From NCBI RefSeq assembly GCF_051956055.1, contig NZ_JBQCGC010000095.1, positions 19,456-83,455 on the forward strand: a DNA stretch of 64,000 nt. The letters run 5' to 3'. The number at the start of each line of letters is the position of its first letter. Position 1 is the stretch's first letter. Below the pieces are notes generated by a model. That model searched no databases. It saw nothing but the letters and a program-made list of their open reading frames with translations, and had not been told where the DNA came from. A program made the translations under genes and the position numbers. Origin of the DNA: Amnibacterium sp. (lineage in GTDB: Bacteria; Actinomycetota; Actinomycetes; Actinomycetales; Microbacteriaceae). Shown here piece by piece: positions 1 to 9,880 of the stretch.

Positions 1-156
<156 letters not shown>

Positions 157-216
157 TGCGGTGATCCCCGACTGATGCGGGACGCATCCGCACCACATCA
201 GTCGGGGATCACCGCA
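157..216. repeat. Palindromic element family A, copy 1 (21-bp perfect inverted repeat, 18-nt loop)
   Basis: TGCGGTGATCCCCGACTGATG (157-177) is the exact reverse complement of CATCAGTCGGGGATCACCGCA (196-216). Confidence 0.9.
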
Positions 217-1135
217 CGAGGCGCGAGACTCGGACGCCGGCGCTCGCGAGGATCGAGCCGAGGAGGCGCGCGTCGCGCCCCTCGGCCCATCCCCATCGGG
301 CCCACCCCCGCGTGACCCGGCGGCCGCGGTCCTCCCGCACCTTCTCGTCGTAGGCCTTCTTGCCCGCCCCCATCGGCGCGTACCTCGGATCGAGGTACTT
401 GACGAGGCCGTCGAACTCGCCCGCGACCTCCTCGTCCGGGAAGAAGAAGTCCGTGTCGCCGATCCGGCCGCGACGGTCGAACAGCGGATGCTGGAGCACG
501 GGGTGCAGGCCGAGCCGCCTCACCATCGTCACGCGGCTCACCGACTCGCCTGCGGACTTCCCACCGCCGTCGGCGAACGCCACCACTTCCGCGATGCTGC
601 GCCACGCTCGCCGCGGCCCGGCGAGATCGACCGCGTGGTCGAGCCGGTCGCGGGTGAGCCCGCCCGCGAGCGCGGAGTCCGCGGTGACGACGCCCTCCTC
701 GAACGTCCCTGCGCCGGCGATGTCGACGACGGTCCGTCCGATCGTGGTGACGAGCAGCCCGTGCACCTCCTCGACCTCGCAGTCCTGCAGCGCGAAGACG
801 TGGCCCGCGACGCGATCGAAGCTCCTGAGGCCTGGGGCGGAGAAGGTCACGTGCACCCTCCCGAAACGGTTGCCGAGCGTCGCGCGATCGTGTGCGACGG
901 CCGAGGACCAGTGCGAGAAGACGAGCGGTCGGTCACTCGCGAGCGCGAGGGCGCGCATGCCGATCAGGTGGAGGTCCTGCGCCGATCCACCGGCGAGCGC
1001 GTCGGCGGGGACGTAGATCCCCGCGCGGACCCTCCGGAAGCGCCCGCGGGCAGCCTCGCGGGCGGCGGCGCGCTGCTCCCGATCGCCCCGAGCCGCGATC
1101 AACTCGATCTCCCAAGCGTTCACGCCGAGCAGCAT
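209..1135 (-). CDS. AbiEi-antitoxin-like / DUF559 (Vsr-like PD-(D/E)xK) domain protein, stand-alone
   Basis: Motifs RFRRVRAGIYV, FSHWSSAVAH, VTTIGRTVVDIA, SAGESVSR, DFFFPDEEVAGEFDGLVKY typical of actinobacterial AbiEi_N + DUF559-like proteins; start uncertain (ATG 1135, GTG 1123, or ORF start 1225 inside the repeat). Confidence 0.7.
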   Translation of the reverse strand: MLLGVNAWEIELIAARGDREQRAAAREAARGRFRRVRAGIYVPADALAGGSAQDLHLIGMRALALASDRPLVFSHWSSAVAHDRATLGNRFGRVHVTFSAPGLRSFDRVAGHVFALQDCEVEEVHGLLVTTIGRTVVDIAGAGTFEEGVVTADSALAGGLTRDRLDHAVDLAGPRRAWRSIAEVVAFADGGGKSAGESVSRVTMVRRLGLHPVLQHPLFDRRGRIGDTDFFFPDEEVAGEFDGLVKYLDPRYAPMGAGKKAYDEKVREDRGRRVTRGWARWGWAEGRDARLLGSILASAGVRVSRLVR

Positions 1136-1184
1136 GGAGCGCCGCCGCCCGCTGCGCTTGTGGAGGGACGGAACGGAGGGCGTG

Positions 1185-1243
1185 TGCGGTGATCTCCGAC
1201 TCCTGCGGCGCGAATGGACGCGCATCAGTCGCGGATCACCGCA
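1185..1243. repeat. Palindromic element family A, copy 2
   Basis: TGCGGTGATCTCCGACTCCTG (1185-1205) ... CATCAGTCGCGGATCACCGCA (1223-1243); 1223-1248 matches 196-221 at 25/26 nt. Confidence 0.9.
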
Positions 1244-1255
1244 CGAGGGCGGGGG

Positions 1256-2113
1256 TCAGTAGGTGGGCGCGGGCGGCAGGTCGAAGAACTGCTCGAGCGT
1301 CTTCACGCCGCTCTCGTGCATCGCCGTCGCCGCGGGCACCCCGATGTACCGGAAGTGCCACGGCTCGGTCTGGATACCGGTGATCGCGGTGTACCCGAGC
1401 GGGTAGCGGAGGATCCAGCCGAAGCGCCACGAGTTCGCGAGCAGCCACTTCGCGGCCGGATGCGACTCGAAGCACACCTCGAGGTCGCAGGAGGTGCCGT
1501 CACCGAGGTCGTCGGCGAGCCCCGTCTGATGCTCGCTGTACCCGGGCTCGGCCGTCAGCTCCAGGGTCTTCGCCGACCCGAGCTCGCGGGTGTTGCGGTC
1601 GAAGATCGACTTCTGCGTCGCGTAGGAGCGATACGCGGACAGCGAGTACAGCGTGATCCCGTCCTCCTCCTTCGCGTCCTCGAACATCTCCACGAGGGCG
1701 TCCGAGGCGACCTTCCGCAGCTGCGGCAGGTTGGTGTGCGGCACCTCGGGGGTGACGAGGTCCGGCGGCACGTAGTCGGCCGGCTGCAGCGGACGGCGCT
1801 TGTTGACGATCACCCAGATGCTCGTCGGATCGTCGAGCGAGTGCGCCGACCGGTCGAAGCCGGCCGTCCGCGACCTCGTCGGCGTCGCGGTGGGGGAGGG
1901 CGTGCCGGAGGCGCTGGTCACGCTCGGCGACCCGGCTGCCGCGGTGCTCCCCGGGGAGTGCGACGACGCGCACGAGGTGAGGAGCAGAGCGGCCGCGACG
2001 GCTGCGACTCCCCCGCTGATGAGACGACTGGGGGAACGGCGGAGCACGCGGCGACCATACTGGCGGCCCGCGGACGGGGGAGCGGCGACAGGCCGCCGAG
2101 GCGCCTCGTTCAT
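1256..2113 (-). CDS. M15B family D-alanyl-D-alanine carboxypeptidase (VanY-like), secreted/lipoprotein
   Basis: SAYRSY..Q, SEHQTGLADD (SxH-x6-D Zn motif), EPWHFRY (ExxH); N-terminal hydrophobic stretch ending LLTSC, then Ser/Thr/Pro linker; start uncertain. Confidence 0.85.
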   Translation of the reverse strand: MNEAPRRPVAAPPSAGRQYGRRVLRRSPSRLISGGVAAVAAALLLTSCASSHSPGSTAAAGSPSVTSASGTPSPTATPTRSRTAGFDRSAHSLDDPTSIWVIVNKRRPLQPADYVPPDLVTPEVPHTNLPQLRKVASDALVEMFEDAKEEDGITLYSLSAYRSYATQKSIFDRNTRELGSAKTLELTAEPGYSEHQTGLADDLGDGTSCDLEVCFESHPAAKWLLANSWRFGWILRYPLGYTAITGIQTEPWHFRYIGVPAATAMHESGVKTLEQFFDLPPAPTY

Positions 2114-2165
2114 GGTCGTGGCACCCGGGCCCGGCTCGAGTCGGTCGGCCGGATGGACCGCGTGT

Positions 2166-2210
2166 TCCGGGTGGTCTCGAGGCTCGCTCCGCTCGCACCT
2201 CGACCGGCGG
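2166..2210 (+). repeat. REP-like element family B, copy 1
   Basis: TCCGGGTGGTCTCGAGGCTCGCTCCGCTCGCACCTCGACCGGCGG; 44/45 identical to 2290-2334 and 42/42 to 16351-16392; internal imperfect hairpin GGTCTCGAGG...CCTCGACC. Confidence 0.9.
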
Positions 2211-2289
2211 CAGGGGGAGAGCGGGACCGCAGGCCACCTGCCACTGCCTGCTGATCCAGGTGCGGCGAAGCCCAGCCCACACCAATCGC

Positions 2290-2334
2290 TCCGGGTGGTC
2301 TCGAGGCTCGCTCCGCTCGTACCTCGACCGGCGG
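2290..2334 (+). repeat. REP-like element family B, copy 2
   Basis: Direct repeat of 2166-2210 with one substitution. Confidence 0.9.
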
Positions 2335-2352
2335 GAGGGGCGACCCGCTGTC

Positions 2353-3228
2353 TCAGCGAGGACGCGGGCGCCCCGCCATCGACTCGAGGCGGGCGATGCG
2401 CTCCTGCATCGGCGGGTGGGTCGAGAAGAGCCGCCCCACGTCCCGCGCGCGGAAGGGGTTGGCGATCATGAGGTGGCTCGCCGACTGCAGCTGCGGCTCC
2501 GGAGCGAGCGGACGCGCCTCCACCCCGCGCTCGAGCTTGCGCAGCGCCGAGGCCAGCGCGAGCGGGTCGCCGGTCAGCTTGGCACCGTCCTCGTCCGCGT
2601 CGTACTCGCGCGTGCGGCTGATCGCCATCTGCACCAGTCCGGCGGCGATCGGGCCGAGGATCAGCATGAACAGCGCGCCGATCCCGCCGCCGCCCCGCTC
2701 ACGGTCGTTCCCGCCGCCTCCGAAGAGCATCGCGCCGTACGCGAGGTACGTGATCACCGAGCTCATCGCCGCGGCCAGGGAGCCCGTCAGCATGTCGCGG
2801 TTGTACACGTGCATCAGCTCGTGCCCGAGCACACCCCGCAGCTCCCGCTCGTCGAGGATCTGCAGGATCCCCTCGGTGCAGCAGACGGCCGCGTGCTCCG
2901 GGTTGCGGCCGGTCGCGAACGCGTTCGGCGCGAGGGTCGGGGACACGTAGAGGCGCGGCATGGGCTGCCCGGCCCGCTCCGACAGCTCCCGGACGATTCG
3001 GTGCATCGCCGGCTGCTCCGCCTCCGTCACGGGCCGCGCCCGCATCGCGCGGATGGCGACGGTGTCGCTGAACCAGTACGAGCCGAGATTGACGGCGAGC
3101 GCGATCACCAGCCCGATCGTCAGCGCGGCGAGGTTCCTGCCGAACAGGAGGTAGCTCGCGAGCAGGACGACCCCGCCCAGCAGTCCGAAGAGCAGCGCGG
3201 TCTTCAGGCCGTTGTAGTGGCGGTGCAT
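2353..3228 (-). CDS. htpX: Zinc metalloprotease HtpX (M48)
   Basis: N-terminal [12 protein letters not shown] pair, [19 protein letters not shown] (HExxH), [15 protein letters not shown]. Confidence 0.95.
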   Translation of the reverse strand: MHRHYNGLKTALLFGLLGGVVLLASYLLFGRNLAALTIGLVIALAVNLGSYWFSDTVAIRAMRARPVTEAEQPAMHRIVRELSERAGQPMPRLYVSPTLAPNAFATGRNPEHAAVCCTEGILQILDERELRGVLGHELMHVYNRDMLTGSLAAAMSSVITYLAYGAMLFGGGGNDRERGGGGIGALFMLILGPIAAGLVQMAISRTREYDADEDGAKLTGDPLALASALRKLERGVEARPLAPEPQLQSASHLMIANPFRARDVGRLFSTHPPMQERIARLESMAGRPRPR

Positions 3229-3364
3229 TCGTCCCTTCCGTTCCGCGCCGCGAGCCGACGCGCCGTATCGGTCAGAACACCAGCGTGACGGCCGATCTTC
3301 CCCACCGGGGCCCCATCGTCTTGGAGATGGGTAAGAGATCCTTGAGCGCCGCGCCGGGCTCGCG

Positions 3365-4435
3365 CTACGGCACGCGCTCGAGCCACTCCCTGGTCGAGAA
3401 CTTCGTCTCCACGAGCCGCTCCGCCGCGGCGAGCTCGGCCTCGGTCAGGTCGCCGCGGGCCGCCCCGGTGAGACGCACGAACGTCTCCTCCATGCGCTCG
3501 ATGATCGCGGCGCGGGAGAGGCCGCTCTGCTTCCGGAGGGGGTCAACGCGCTTGGCCGCGGAGACCGTGCCCTTGTCGCTCATCTTCTCGCGACCGATCC
3601 GGAGCACCTGGACCATCTTCTCGCCGTCCATGTCGTACGACATCGTCACGTGGTGCAGCACCGCACCCGCGCCGAGCCGCTTCTGCGCCGCCCCGCCGAT
3701 CTTGCCCGCCGGCGAGCTGATGTCGTTGAGCGGCTGGTAGGTCGCGTCGATGCCGAGCGACCGGAGGGCCTGCAGCACCCAGTCGTCGAGGTAGGCGTAC
3801 GACTCCGCGAACGACATCCCCCGCACGAGGTCGCCCGGCGCGTAGAGCGAGTACGTGACCACGCTCCCCGCCTCCATGAACATGGCCCCGCCGCCGGAGA
3901 TGCGCCGGACCACGTCGACCCCGTACCGCGCCGCGTTCTCGAGGTCGACCTCGTTCTTCAACGACTGGAAGCTGCCGATCACGACCGCCGGCTCGTCCCA
4001 CTCCCAGATCCGGAGGGTCGGCTTCCTGCGTCCGGCTCCGACCTCCTCCGTCAGCACCTGATCGAGCGCGAGGTGGACCGCAGGCCGGACGGCCGGCGGG
4101 TGCAGCAGCTCCCAGTCGAAGTCGCGCCAGTCGGCGGCGCGCCCGATCGCGCGGCGCACCGCGGTCGCGACGGACTCCGGCGTGAAGCCGAGGAGCACGG
4201 CGTCCGGCGGCAGGGCGGCACGGACGGCGGCGGCGATGTCGGCCGCCGATGCCTCGAGCGGCAGGCCCACGACCGCGCGATCGATCGCCTCCAGCGCCTC
4301 GTCGGGTTCGAGGAAGAAGTCGCCGGCGAGCCGGAACCGCGCGATCCGCCCCTCCGCCACCCCGAGGTCGACGACCACGAGCTTGCCGCCCGGCACCTTG
4401 TACTCGCCGTGCAGCAGGTCGATCCCATCGGTCAT
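3365..4435 (-). CDS. lplA: Lipoate-protein ligase A family protein
   Basis: [16 protein letters not shown]-terminus, [29 protein letters not shown]; ATG at 4435 overlaps upstream stop (ATGA). Confidence 0.9.
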   Translation of the reverse strand: MTDGIDLLHGEYKVPGGKLVVVDLGVAEGRIARFRLAGDFFLEPDEALEAIDRAVVGLPLEASAADIAAAVRAALPPDAVLLGFTPESVATAVRRAIGRAADWRDFDWELLHPPAVRPAVHLALDQVLTEEVGAGRRKPTLRIWEWDEPAVVIGSFQSLKNEVDLENAARYGVDVVRRISGGGAMFMEAGSVVTYSLYAPGDLVRGMSFAESYAYLDDWVLQALRSLGIDATYQPLNDISSPAGKIGGAAQKRLGAGAVLHHVTMSYDMDGEKMVQVLRIGREKMSDKGTVSAAKRVDPLRKQSGLSRAAIIERMEETFVRLTGAARGDLTEAELAAAERLVETKFSTREWLERVP

Positions 4436-5283
4436 GCGCCGCGCTCCTTCAGGACGTGGGTGCGAATCCAGTCGACGAGGTCGGCCACGACCTCGTCCCG
4501 GTTGGTCTCGTTGAGCACCTCGTGCCTGGCGCCCTCGTACACGCGGACGGTGACGTCGCGCAGCCCGGACCGCTCCCGGTAGACGCGGGCCAGGCGTTCG
4601 ACGCTCCGCCTGCCGCCGAGGGTGTCGTCGGAGCCGACCTGCAGCAGGAGGGGGAGCGCGGGCGGCAGATCCCTGGCCGGGCGCCCGAGCAGCCGGAGGG
4701 AGTCGCGGATGCCGATCAGCTTCGTCGTCCGCGCCAGGAAGGTCAGCGGGTCCTGCACCCAGGCCTCGGCGACGGCCGGGTCGCGGCTCAGCCACTCCGC
4801 GCCCGTCGTGCCGAGCGAACGGTGCCGGCGGTTGAGGTCCCCCGCATCCATGAACCCGGGGAGGCGGTACGCGGTGCCGGTGAGCACGACCCCGTCGTAC
4901 GCGTCCGGCTCCTGGTTGAGGGACATCTGCGCCATGAGGGAGCCCCAGCTGTGCGCGAGCAGGACGAGCGGGACGCCGGGGAAGCGCGCACGCGTCAGCT
5001 CGCGGAAGCGCGAGATCGCCCCGACCGCGGCTCGCAGGCCGCCGGGGCCGAGCCGCCCGAGCTTCGCCGGGTCGCCCCACTGCCGCATGCCGGTCGCACC
5101 GTGGCCGCGGTGGTCGTTCGCGACCACGGTGAAACCCGCCCGGTTCAGGTCGGCGGCGACGGCCGCGTACCGGCCGCTGTGCTCGCCGATGCCGTGGCTG
5201 ATCTGCACCACGGCGGCAGGGGAGTCGACCGGCCACTCGACGGTCTCGATGACGACGCCCTCGTCGTCGGTGAAGGAACCCAC
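4432..5283 (-). CDS. Alpha/beta hydrolase (lysophospholipase/monoacylglycerol lipase-like)
   Basis: QISHGIGEHSGRY, DHRGHG, AHSWGS nucleophile elbow, ARHEVLNE. Confidence 0.9.
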   Translation of the reverse strand: MGSFTDDEGVVIETVEWPVDSPAAVVQISHGIGEHSGRYAAVAADLNRAGFTVVANDHRGHGATGMRQWGDPAKLGRLGPGGLRAAVGAISRFRELTRARFPGVPLVLLAHSWGSLMAQMSLNQEPDAYDGVVLTGTAYRLPGFMDAGDLNRRHRSLGTTGAEWLSRDPAVAEAWVQDPLTFLARTTKLIGIRDSLRLLGRPARDLPPALPLLLQVGSDDTLGGRRSVERLARVYRERSGLRDVTVRVYEGARHEVLNETNRDEVVADLVDWIRTHVLKERGA

Positions 5284-5356
5284 GCCCCGATTCTGGTGCG
5301 CCGTCGCTGGGCGCGTGCGCCAGATACACAGTCTGGACTGCGTATACTCGACGACG

Positions 5357-6598
5357 ATGAGCGCGGTGACCGGTGCGGGGATGTTCCGCTCCCTCCGTGT
5401 GCACGACTACCGCCTGTGGGCCTCCGGTGCGATCGTCTCCAACGTCGGCACATGGATGCAGCGGACGACGCAGGACTGGATCGTCCTCACCCGGCTGACG
5501 CACCACGACGCGTTCGCGGTCGGTGTCACCACGGCGCTGCAGTTCGGGCCGCAGCTGTTCCTCTCCCCCGTCACCGGGTACGTGGCGGACCGGGTGCCGA
5601 AGCGCACGCTGCTCACCATCACGCAGGCGACCATGGGCATCCTCGGCCTCGGGCTGGGTGTCCTGGTGCTGACGGGCGCGGGCACGCTCCTCGAGGTCTA
5701 CGGCTTCGCGCTGCTGCTCGGCATCACCGCCTCGTTCGACGCCCCCGCCAGGCAGAGCTTCGTCTCCGACCTGGTCGGACCGGAGGACGTCTCCAACGCG
5801 GTCGCCCTCAACTCCGCCTCCTTCAACCTTGCGCGGCTGCTGGGCCCCGCGGTCGCGGGCCTGCTCACGGAGGCGGTCGGCCCGGGCTGGGTGTTCGTGA
5901 TCAACGCGGCCAGCTTCGCCGCGGTGCTCACCTCGCTGCGCTTCATCCACGCGCCCGCCTTCGACGCGGCGGGACGCCCGCACCGATCCTTCAGCGACAT
6001 CGGCGAGGGCTTCACGACCGTCGTGCGGCGGCGCGACCTCGCGATCGTCTTCGTCATGGTGGCGGTGCTCGGCACGTTCGGCCTGAACTTCGCGATCTAC
6101 GCGTCGACGATGGCGGTCCTCTTCGGTCAGGGAGCGACCGGGTACGGGCTCCTGTCCTCCGCGCTCGCGATCGGCGCGGTGACCGGAGCGCTGCTCTCCG
6201 CCCGCCGCCCCGCACCGCGGTTCCCGCTGCTCGTGCTCGCGGGCGTGCTGTTCGGCGTCGGCCTGCTGCTCGGATCGGTCGCTCCCTCGTACCTGTGGCT
6301 CGCGATCGTGCTGCCGCTCGTCGGGGTGGCCGCCCAGACCTTCATGACCACCGCGAACGGGCTGGTCCAGATGGGGGTCGACCGCGTGGTCCGCGGTCGG
6401 GTGATGGCGCTCTACATGGCCACGGTCATGGGCGGCACCGTGCTCGGCGGCCCGCTGATCGGGTGGATCGCGAACGTCCTCGGCCCCCGGGACGGCCTCA
6501 TCGCCGGTGGACTCGCGGGGCTGGCGACGGCCGCGATCGGCGCGGTCTACCTCCGTCGGCATGCAGGCGAGCCCGCCCCGGAGCTCCGCACGCAGTAG
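5357..6598 (+). CDS. MFS transporter (DUF894/MFS_3-type)
   Basis: MFRSLRVHDYRLWASG, GTWMQRTTQDW, DAPARQSFV, ~12 hydrophobic helices; TATACT -10 at 5343-5348. Confidence 0.9.
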   Translation: MSAVTGAGMFRSLRVHDYRLWASGAIVSNVGTWMQRTTQDWIVLTRLTHHDAFAVGVTTALQFGPQLFLSPVTGYVADRVPKRTLLTITQATMGILGLGLGVLVLTGAGTLLEVYGFALLLGITASFDAPARQSFVSDLVGPEDVSNAVALNSASFNLARLLGPAVAGLLTEAVGPGWVFVINAASFAAVLTSLRFIHAPAFDAAGRPHRSFSDIGEGFTTVVRRRDLAIVFVMVAVLGTFGLNFAIYASTMAVLFGQGATGYGLLSSALAIGAVTGALLSARRPAPRFPLLVLAGVLFGVGLLLGSVAPSYLWLAIVLPLVGVAAQTFMTTANGLVQMGVDRVVRGRVMALYMATVMGGTVLGGPLIGWIANVLGPRDGLIAGGLAGLATAAIGAVYLRRHAGEPAPELRTQ

Positions 6599-6603
6599 CC
6601 CGT

Positions 6604-6726
6604 GCGCATCGCGGGCCGTCCAGGGCCGCGGTGCGTCCAGCCGCAGCGGGGACGACCCCCCGCCCACACGACCCGACCCACCCACGCGCATCGCGGCCCG
6701 TTCAGGGCCGCGGAGCGTCCAGCCGC
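6604..6726. repeat. REP-like family C: two 41-nt direct repeats, each an imperfect hairpin
   Basis: 6604-6644 and 6686-6726 match at 38/41; arms CGCATCGCGGCCC / GGGCCGCGG(T/A)GCG; between convergent genes. Confidence 0.85.
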
Positions 6727-6761
6727 GCCGCAGCGGCGGCGGCGGCGGCGCGGCAATGAAA

Positions 6762-7649
6762 TCAGAGCAGGTCGGCGGCGAGCGCGAGGGCGCCGATCAC
6801 GCCGGGGGAGTCCGGCACACCGGGGGCGACCAGTACCTCCGACGGGTCGGACACCGACAGCGCCTTCGGGCCGTAGCCGCGAGCGATCGCCGGGAGGGCG
6901 GCTCGCGTCGCCTCGAGCAGGCCGGGGGAGAGCATCACGCCGCCCCCGAGCACGACCTTCTCCGACCCGGTCGTGAGGATCACGCTGTAGGCCATCTGCG
7001 CGATGTACGAGGCGAGCACGGCGATGCGGCCCGCGCGCTCCGACTCCGGGAACGAGGACGCGTCCGCACCCCACCTGCCGAGCACCGCCGGCCCCGCGGT
7101 CAGGCCCTCGAGGCAGTCGCCGTGGAACGGGCAGTTGCCGGCGTAGTCGTCGTCGGGGTGCCTGCGCACCAGGAGGTGGCCCACCTCCGGCCAGCCGTCG
7201 CCGCCGATGGGGCGCCCGTCGACGACGATCCCGACGCCGACCCCGGTCCCGATCGTGGCGTAGGCGAGGGAGGAGGTGCCGCGGCCCGCCCCGTAGCGGA
7301 GCTCCCCCACCGCGGCACCGAGGACGTCGCTCACGAACGCCGACGGGGTGCCGCGCGGCACGACGCGGCCGAGCAGGTCGACGTCCGCCCAGCCGGGCTT
7401 CGGGGTCGTGGTGATCCAGCCGTACCGGGCGCTGGCGGGGTCCGCGTCCACGGGGCCGAAGGAGGCCAGGCCGATCGCCTCCACGGCATCCTCGGCCCCC
7501 GCCTCGGCGATGAAGTCGTGGATCCGACCGATCGTCTCGTCGGCCGTGGTCGTGGGGAAGCGTCCGGTGAGCACCGGGACGTCGGGGGCGTCCGCCCGCG
7601 CGGCCGCGCAGACCACCTTCGTGCCGCCCGTCTCGATGCCCACGATCAT
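6762..7649 (-). CDS. ROK family sugar kinase (fructokinase-like)
   Basis: MIVGIETGGTKVVCA, IGLASFGPVD, TIGTGVGVG, EVGH...CPFHGDCLEG Zn motif as in ScrK/YdhR-type fructokinases. Confidence 0.9.
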   Translation of the reverse strand: MIVGIETGGTKVVCAAARADAPDVPVLTGRFPTTTADETIGRIHDFIAEAGAEDAVEAIGLASFGPVDADPASARYGWITTTPKPGWADVDLLGRVVPRGTPSAFVSDVLGAAVGELRYGAGRGTSSLAYATIGTGVGVGIVVDGRPIGGDGWPEVGHLLVRRHPDDDYAGNCPFHGDCLEGLTAGPAVLGRWGADASSFPESERAGRIAVLASYIAQMAYSVILTTGSEKVVLGGGVMLSPGLLEATRAALPAIARGYGPKALSVSDPSEVLVAPGVPDSPGVIGALALAADLL

Positions 7650-7838
7650 GCCGAACCCCGTTCCTCCCGCCGCAGCGCGGTCGAGCCCCGAATCTAGCGA
7701 GCGCCGGCACCCCCGTGTCGGGCGACGGCGAGCGACCGTGCAGCCTGGGGCACTAGCGTTCGTGAGCGGCGCGGCTCCTCCGGCCCCGCCCCGAAGGCGG
7801 GCGGCCACCACAGTTCCGAACGAAAGGTTCGTGCCCCC

Positions 7839-9530
7839 GTGACGACCTCACCCGTCGACCCCACCACCTCCGGCGCCTGGCAGGCGCTCACCGACCTCGC
7901 CGAGGACTTCGCGCCGGACCTCCGCGCCTGGTTCGAGGACGAGGGGCGCGCCGCCCGCTACACCTTCCAGGCCGCCGACCTCACCGTGGACCTCTCGAAG
8001 AACCTCGTGACGGAGGAGATCCTCGGGCACCTCCTGGAGATCGCGCGCACCGTCGACGTCGCCGGGCGGTACCGGGCGATGCTCTCCGGCGAGCACATCA
8101 ACGTCACCGAGGACCGCGCGGTGCTCCACACCGCCCTGCGGCGCCCGGCGGGGGGCGCGCTCGAGCCGGCTGCGCCCCTGACCGTCGACGGCCAGGACGT
8201 CGACCACGACGTGCACGAGGTGCTCGCCCGCATCGCGACGTTCGCGGACGCCGTACGGGACGGTTCCTGGACCGGCGTGACCGGCAAGCGCGTCGAGACG
8301 GTCGTGAACATCGGCATCGGCGGCTCGGACCTCGGGCCCGTGATGGTCTACGAGGCGCTGAAGCCCTACGTGCAAGCGGGCCTCGAGGCGCGGTTCGTGT
8401 CGAACATCGACCCGACCGACCTCTTCGAGAAGACCGCGGACCTCGACCCGGAGACGACGCTGTTCATCGTCGCCTCGAAGACGTTCGGCACCCTCGAGAC
8501 CCTCACGAACGCGCGGCTCGCCCGCGACTGGCTCTGGAAGGGGCTCGCGGACGCCGGCGCGATCGAGGACACCGACGAGTCGCGCCGCGACGCGGTCTCG
8601 AAGCACTTCGTGGCCGTGTCGACCGCGCTCGACAAGGTGGCGGCGTTCGGGATCGACCCCGCGAACGCGTTCGGGTTCTGGGACTGGGTGGGCGGCCGCT
8701 ACTCCGTCGACTCCGCGATCGGCACGTCGCTCGCGATCACGATCGGGCCCGATCGGTTCGCCGAGTTCCTGGCCGGCTTCCACGCCGTCGACGAGCACAT
8801 GCGGACCGCGCCGCTCGAGTCGAACGTGCCCGTCCTGATGGGCATGCTGAACGTCTGGTACTCGAACTTCCTCGGCGCGCAGAGCCACGCGGTGCTGCCC
8901 TACGCGCAGTACCTGCACCGGTTCCCCGCGTACCTGCAGCAGCTGACGATGGAGTCGAACGGCAAGAGCGTCCGGTGGGACGGCTCCCCGGTCGTCACGG
9001 ACACCGGCGAGGTCTTCTGGGGCGAACCGGGCACGAACGGCCAGCACGCCTTCTACCAGCTCATCCACCAGGGCACCCGGCTGATCCCCGCCGACTTCAT
9101 CGCCGTGGCGAACCCCGCGCACCCGCTGCGGGACGGCGACACCGACGTGCACAGCCTCTTCCTCGCGAACTTCTTCGCGCAGACGAAGGCGCTGGCCTTC
9201 GGGAAGACGGCGGAGGAGGTCCGGGCGGAGGGGACCGCGGAGGCCGTCGTACCCGCCCGCACGTTCAGCGGCAACCGCCCGACGACCTCGATCCTCGCGC
9301 CGGCGCTGACCCCCTCGGTCGTCGGCCAGCTGATCGCGCTCTACGAGCACATCACGTTCGTGGAGGGCACCGTCTGGGGCATCGACTCGTTCGACCAGTG
9401 GGGCGTCGAGCTCGGCAAGCAGCTCGCGCTGCAGATCGCGCCGGCCGTCGAGGGCGACACCGAGGCGCTCGCGTCGCAGGACCCGAGCACGAAGTCCCTC
9501 ATCGCGAAGTACCTCGAGCTCCGGCGGTAG
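7839..9530 (+). CDS. pgi: Glucose-6-phosphate isomerase
   Basis: [50 protein letters not shown]. Confidence 0.98.
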   Translation: MTTSPVDPTTSGAWQALTDLAEDFAPDLRAWFEDEGRAARYTFQAADLTVDLSKNLVTEEILGHLLEIARTVDVAGRYRAMLSGEHINVTEDRAVLHTALRRPAGGALEPAAPLTVDGQDVDHDVHEVLARIATFADAVRDGSWTGVTGKRVETVVNIGIGGSDLGPVMVYEALKPYVQAGLEARFVSNIDPTDLFEKTADLDPETTLFIVASKTFGTLETLTNARLARDWLWKGLADAGAIEDTDESRRDAVSKHFVAVSTALDKVAAFGIDPANAFGFWDWVGGRYSVDSAIGTSLAITIGPDRFAEFLAGFHAVDEHMRTAPLESNVPVLMGMLNVWYSNFLGAQSHAVLPYAQYLHRFPAYLQQLTMESNGKSVRWDGSPVVTDTGEVFWGEPGTNGQHAFYQLIHQGTRLIPADFIAVANPAHPLRDGDTDVHSLFLANFFAQTKALAFGKTAEEVRAEGTAEAVVPARTFSGNRPTTSILAPALTPSVVGQLIALYEHITFVEGTVWGIDSFDQWGVELGKQLALQIAPAVEGDTEALASQDPSTKSLIAKYLELRR

Positions 9531-9572
9531 CGCCTCCGGGCGCGTGTCCCGCCCCCCGCCGGAGCAGTTCCC

Positions 9573-9661
9573 GGAGCACGACAGCAGGACCCTGGAGCAT
9601 CAGCAGGCCGGGTAAGCCCCCTGGGTCCTGCCGATGGTGCCGGTTCCTGCTGTCGTGCTCC
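9573..9661. repeat. Long hairpin (family D): terminator or REP-like element
   Basis: 17-bp perfect inverted repeat GGAGCACGACAGCAGGA (9573-9589)/TCCTGCTGTCGTGCTCC (9645-9661) with inner CATCAGCAGG/CCTGCCGATG stem. Confidence 0.75.
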
Positions 9662-9691
9662 CCAGCGCGGAGCGGTGGTGCGCGGGTCGGC

Positions 9692-9880
9692 TCAGGCGGC
9701 GCGACCCGCGTGGCCGAGGTGCACCTTCGGCGCGTCCACGTCGAGCGGGCGGCGCCGGCTGCGGACGGGCGCGGAGGCGCTCCCCGGCAGTTCGACGCCG
9801 GTCCGGTGCGTGCGCGGACCGTGGGCGAGCAGCGGGTTCGTGGCGGTCGCGGTGGCGAACCGGCTCAGGAGGCGGCTCAT
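9692..9880 (-). CDS. Hypothetical microprotein, 62 aa
   Basis: Strong GC3 codon bias; ATG overlaps the stop of the 37-aa upstream ORF (ATGA). Confidence 0.55.
   Translation of the reverse strand: MSRLLSRFATATATNPLLAHGPRTHRTGVELPGSASAPVRSRRRPLDVDAPKVHLGHAGRAA

Noticed and set aside
209-1225. Complete AbiE type IV toxin-antitoxin system
   Set aside because: No AbiEii nucleotidyltransferase gene on either side; neighbours are pgm and an M15 peptidase
1256-2113. vanY glycopeptide resistance gene
   Set aside because: No vanHAX/vanRS context; stand-alone M15B carboxypeptidases are common housekeeping genes
3365-6691. 1108-aa ORF, plus 15366-20873 (1835 aa), 41360-44974 (1204 aa), 32528-35662 and 61943-63763 as giant proteins
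   Set aside because: Stop-free GC-rich shadow frames. Where real, only the C-terminal part is coding (lplA, alpha-E, hemG); the rest is Arg/Gly/Pro-rich antisense read-through of genes on the other strand or frame
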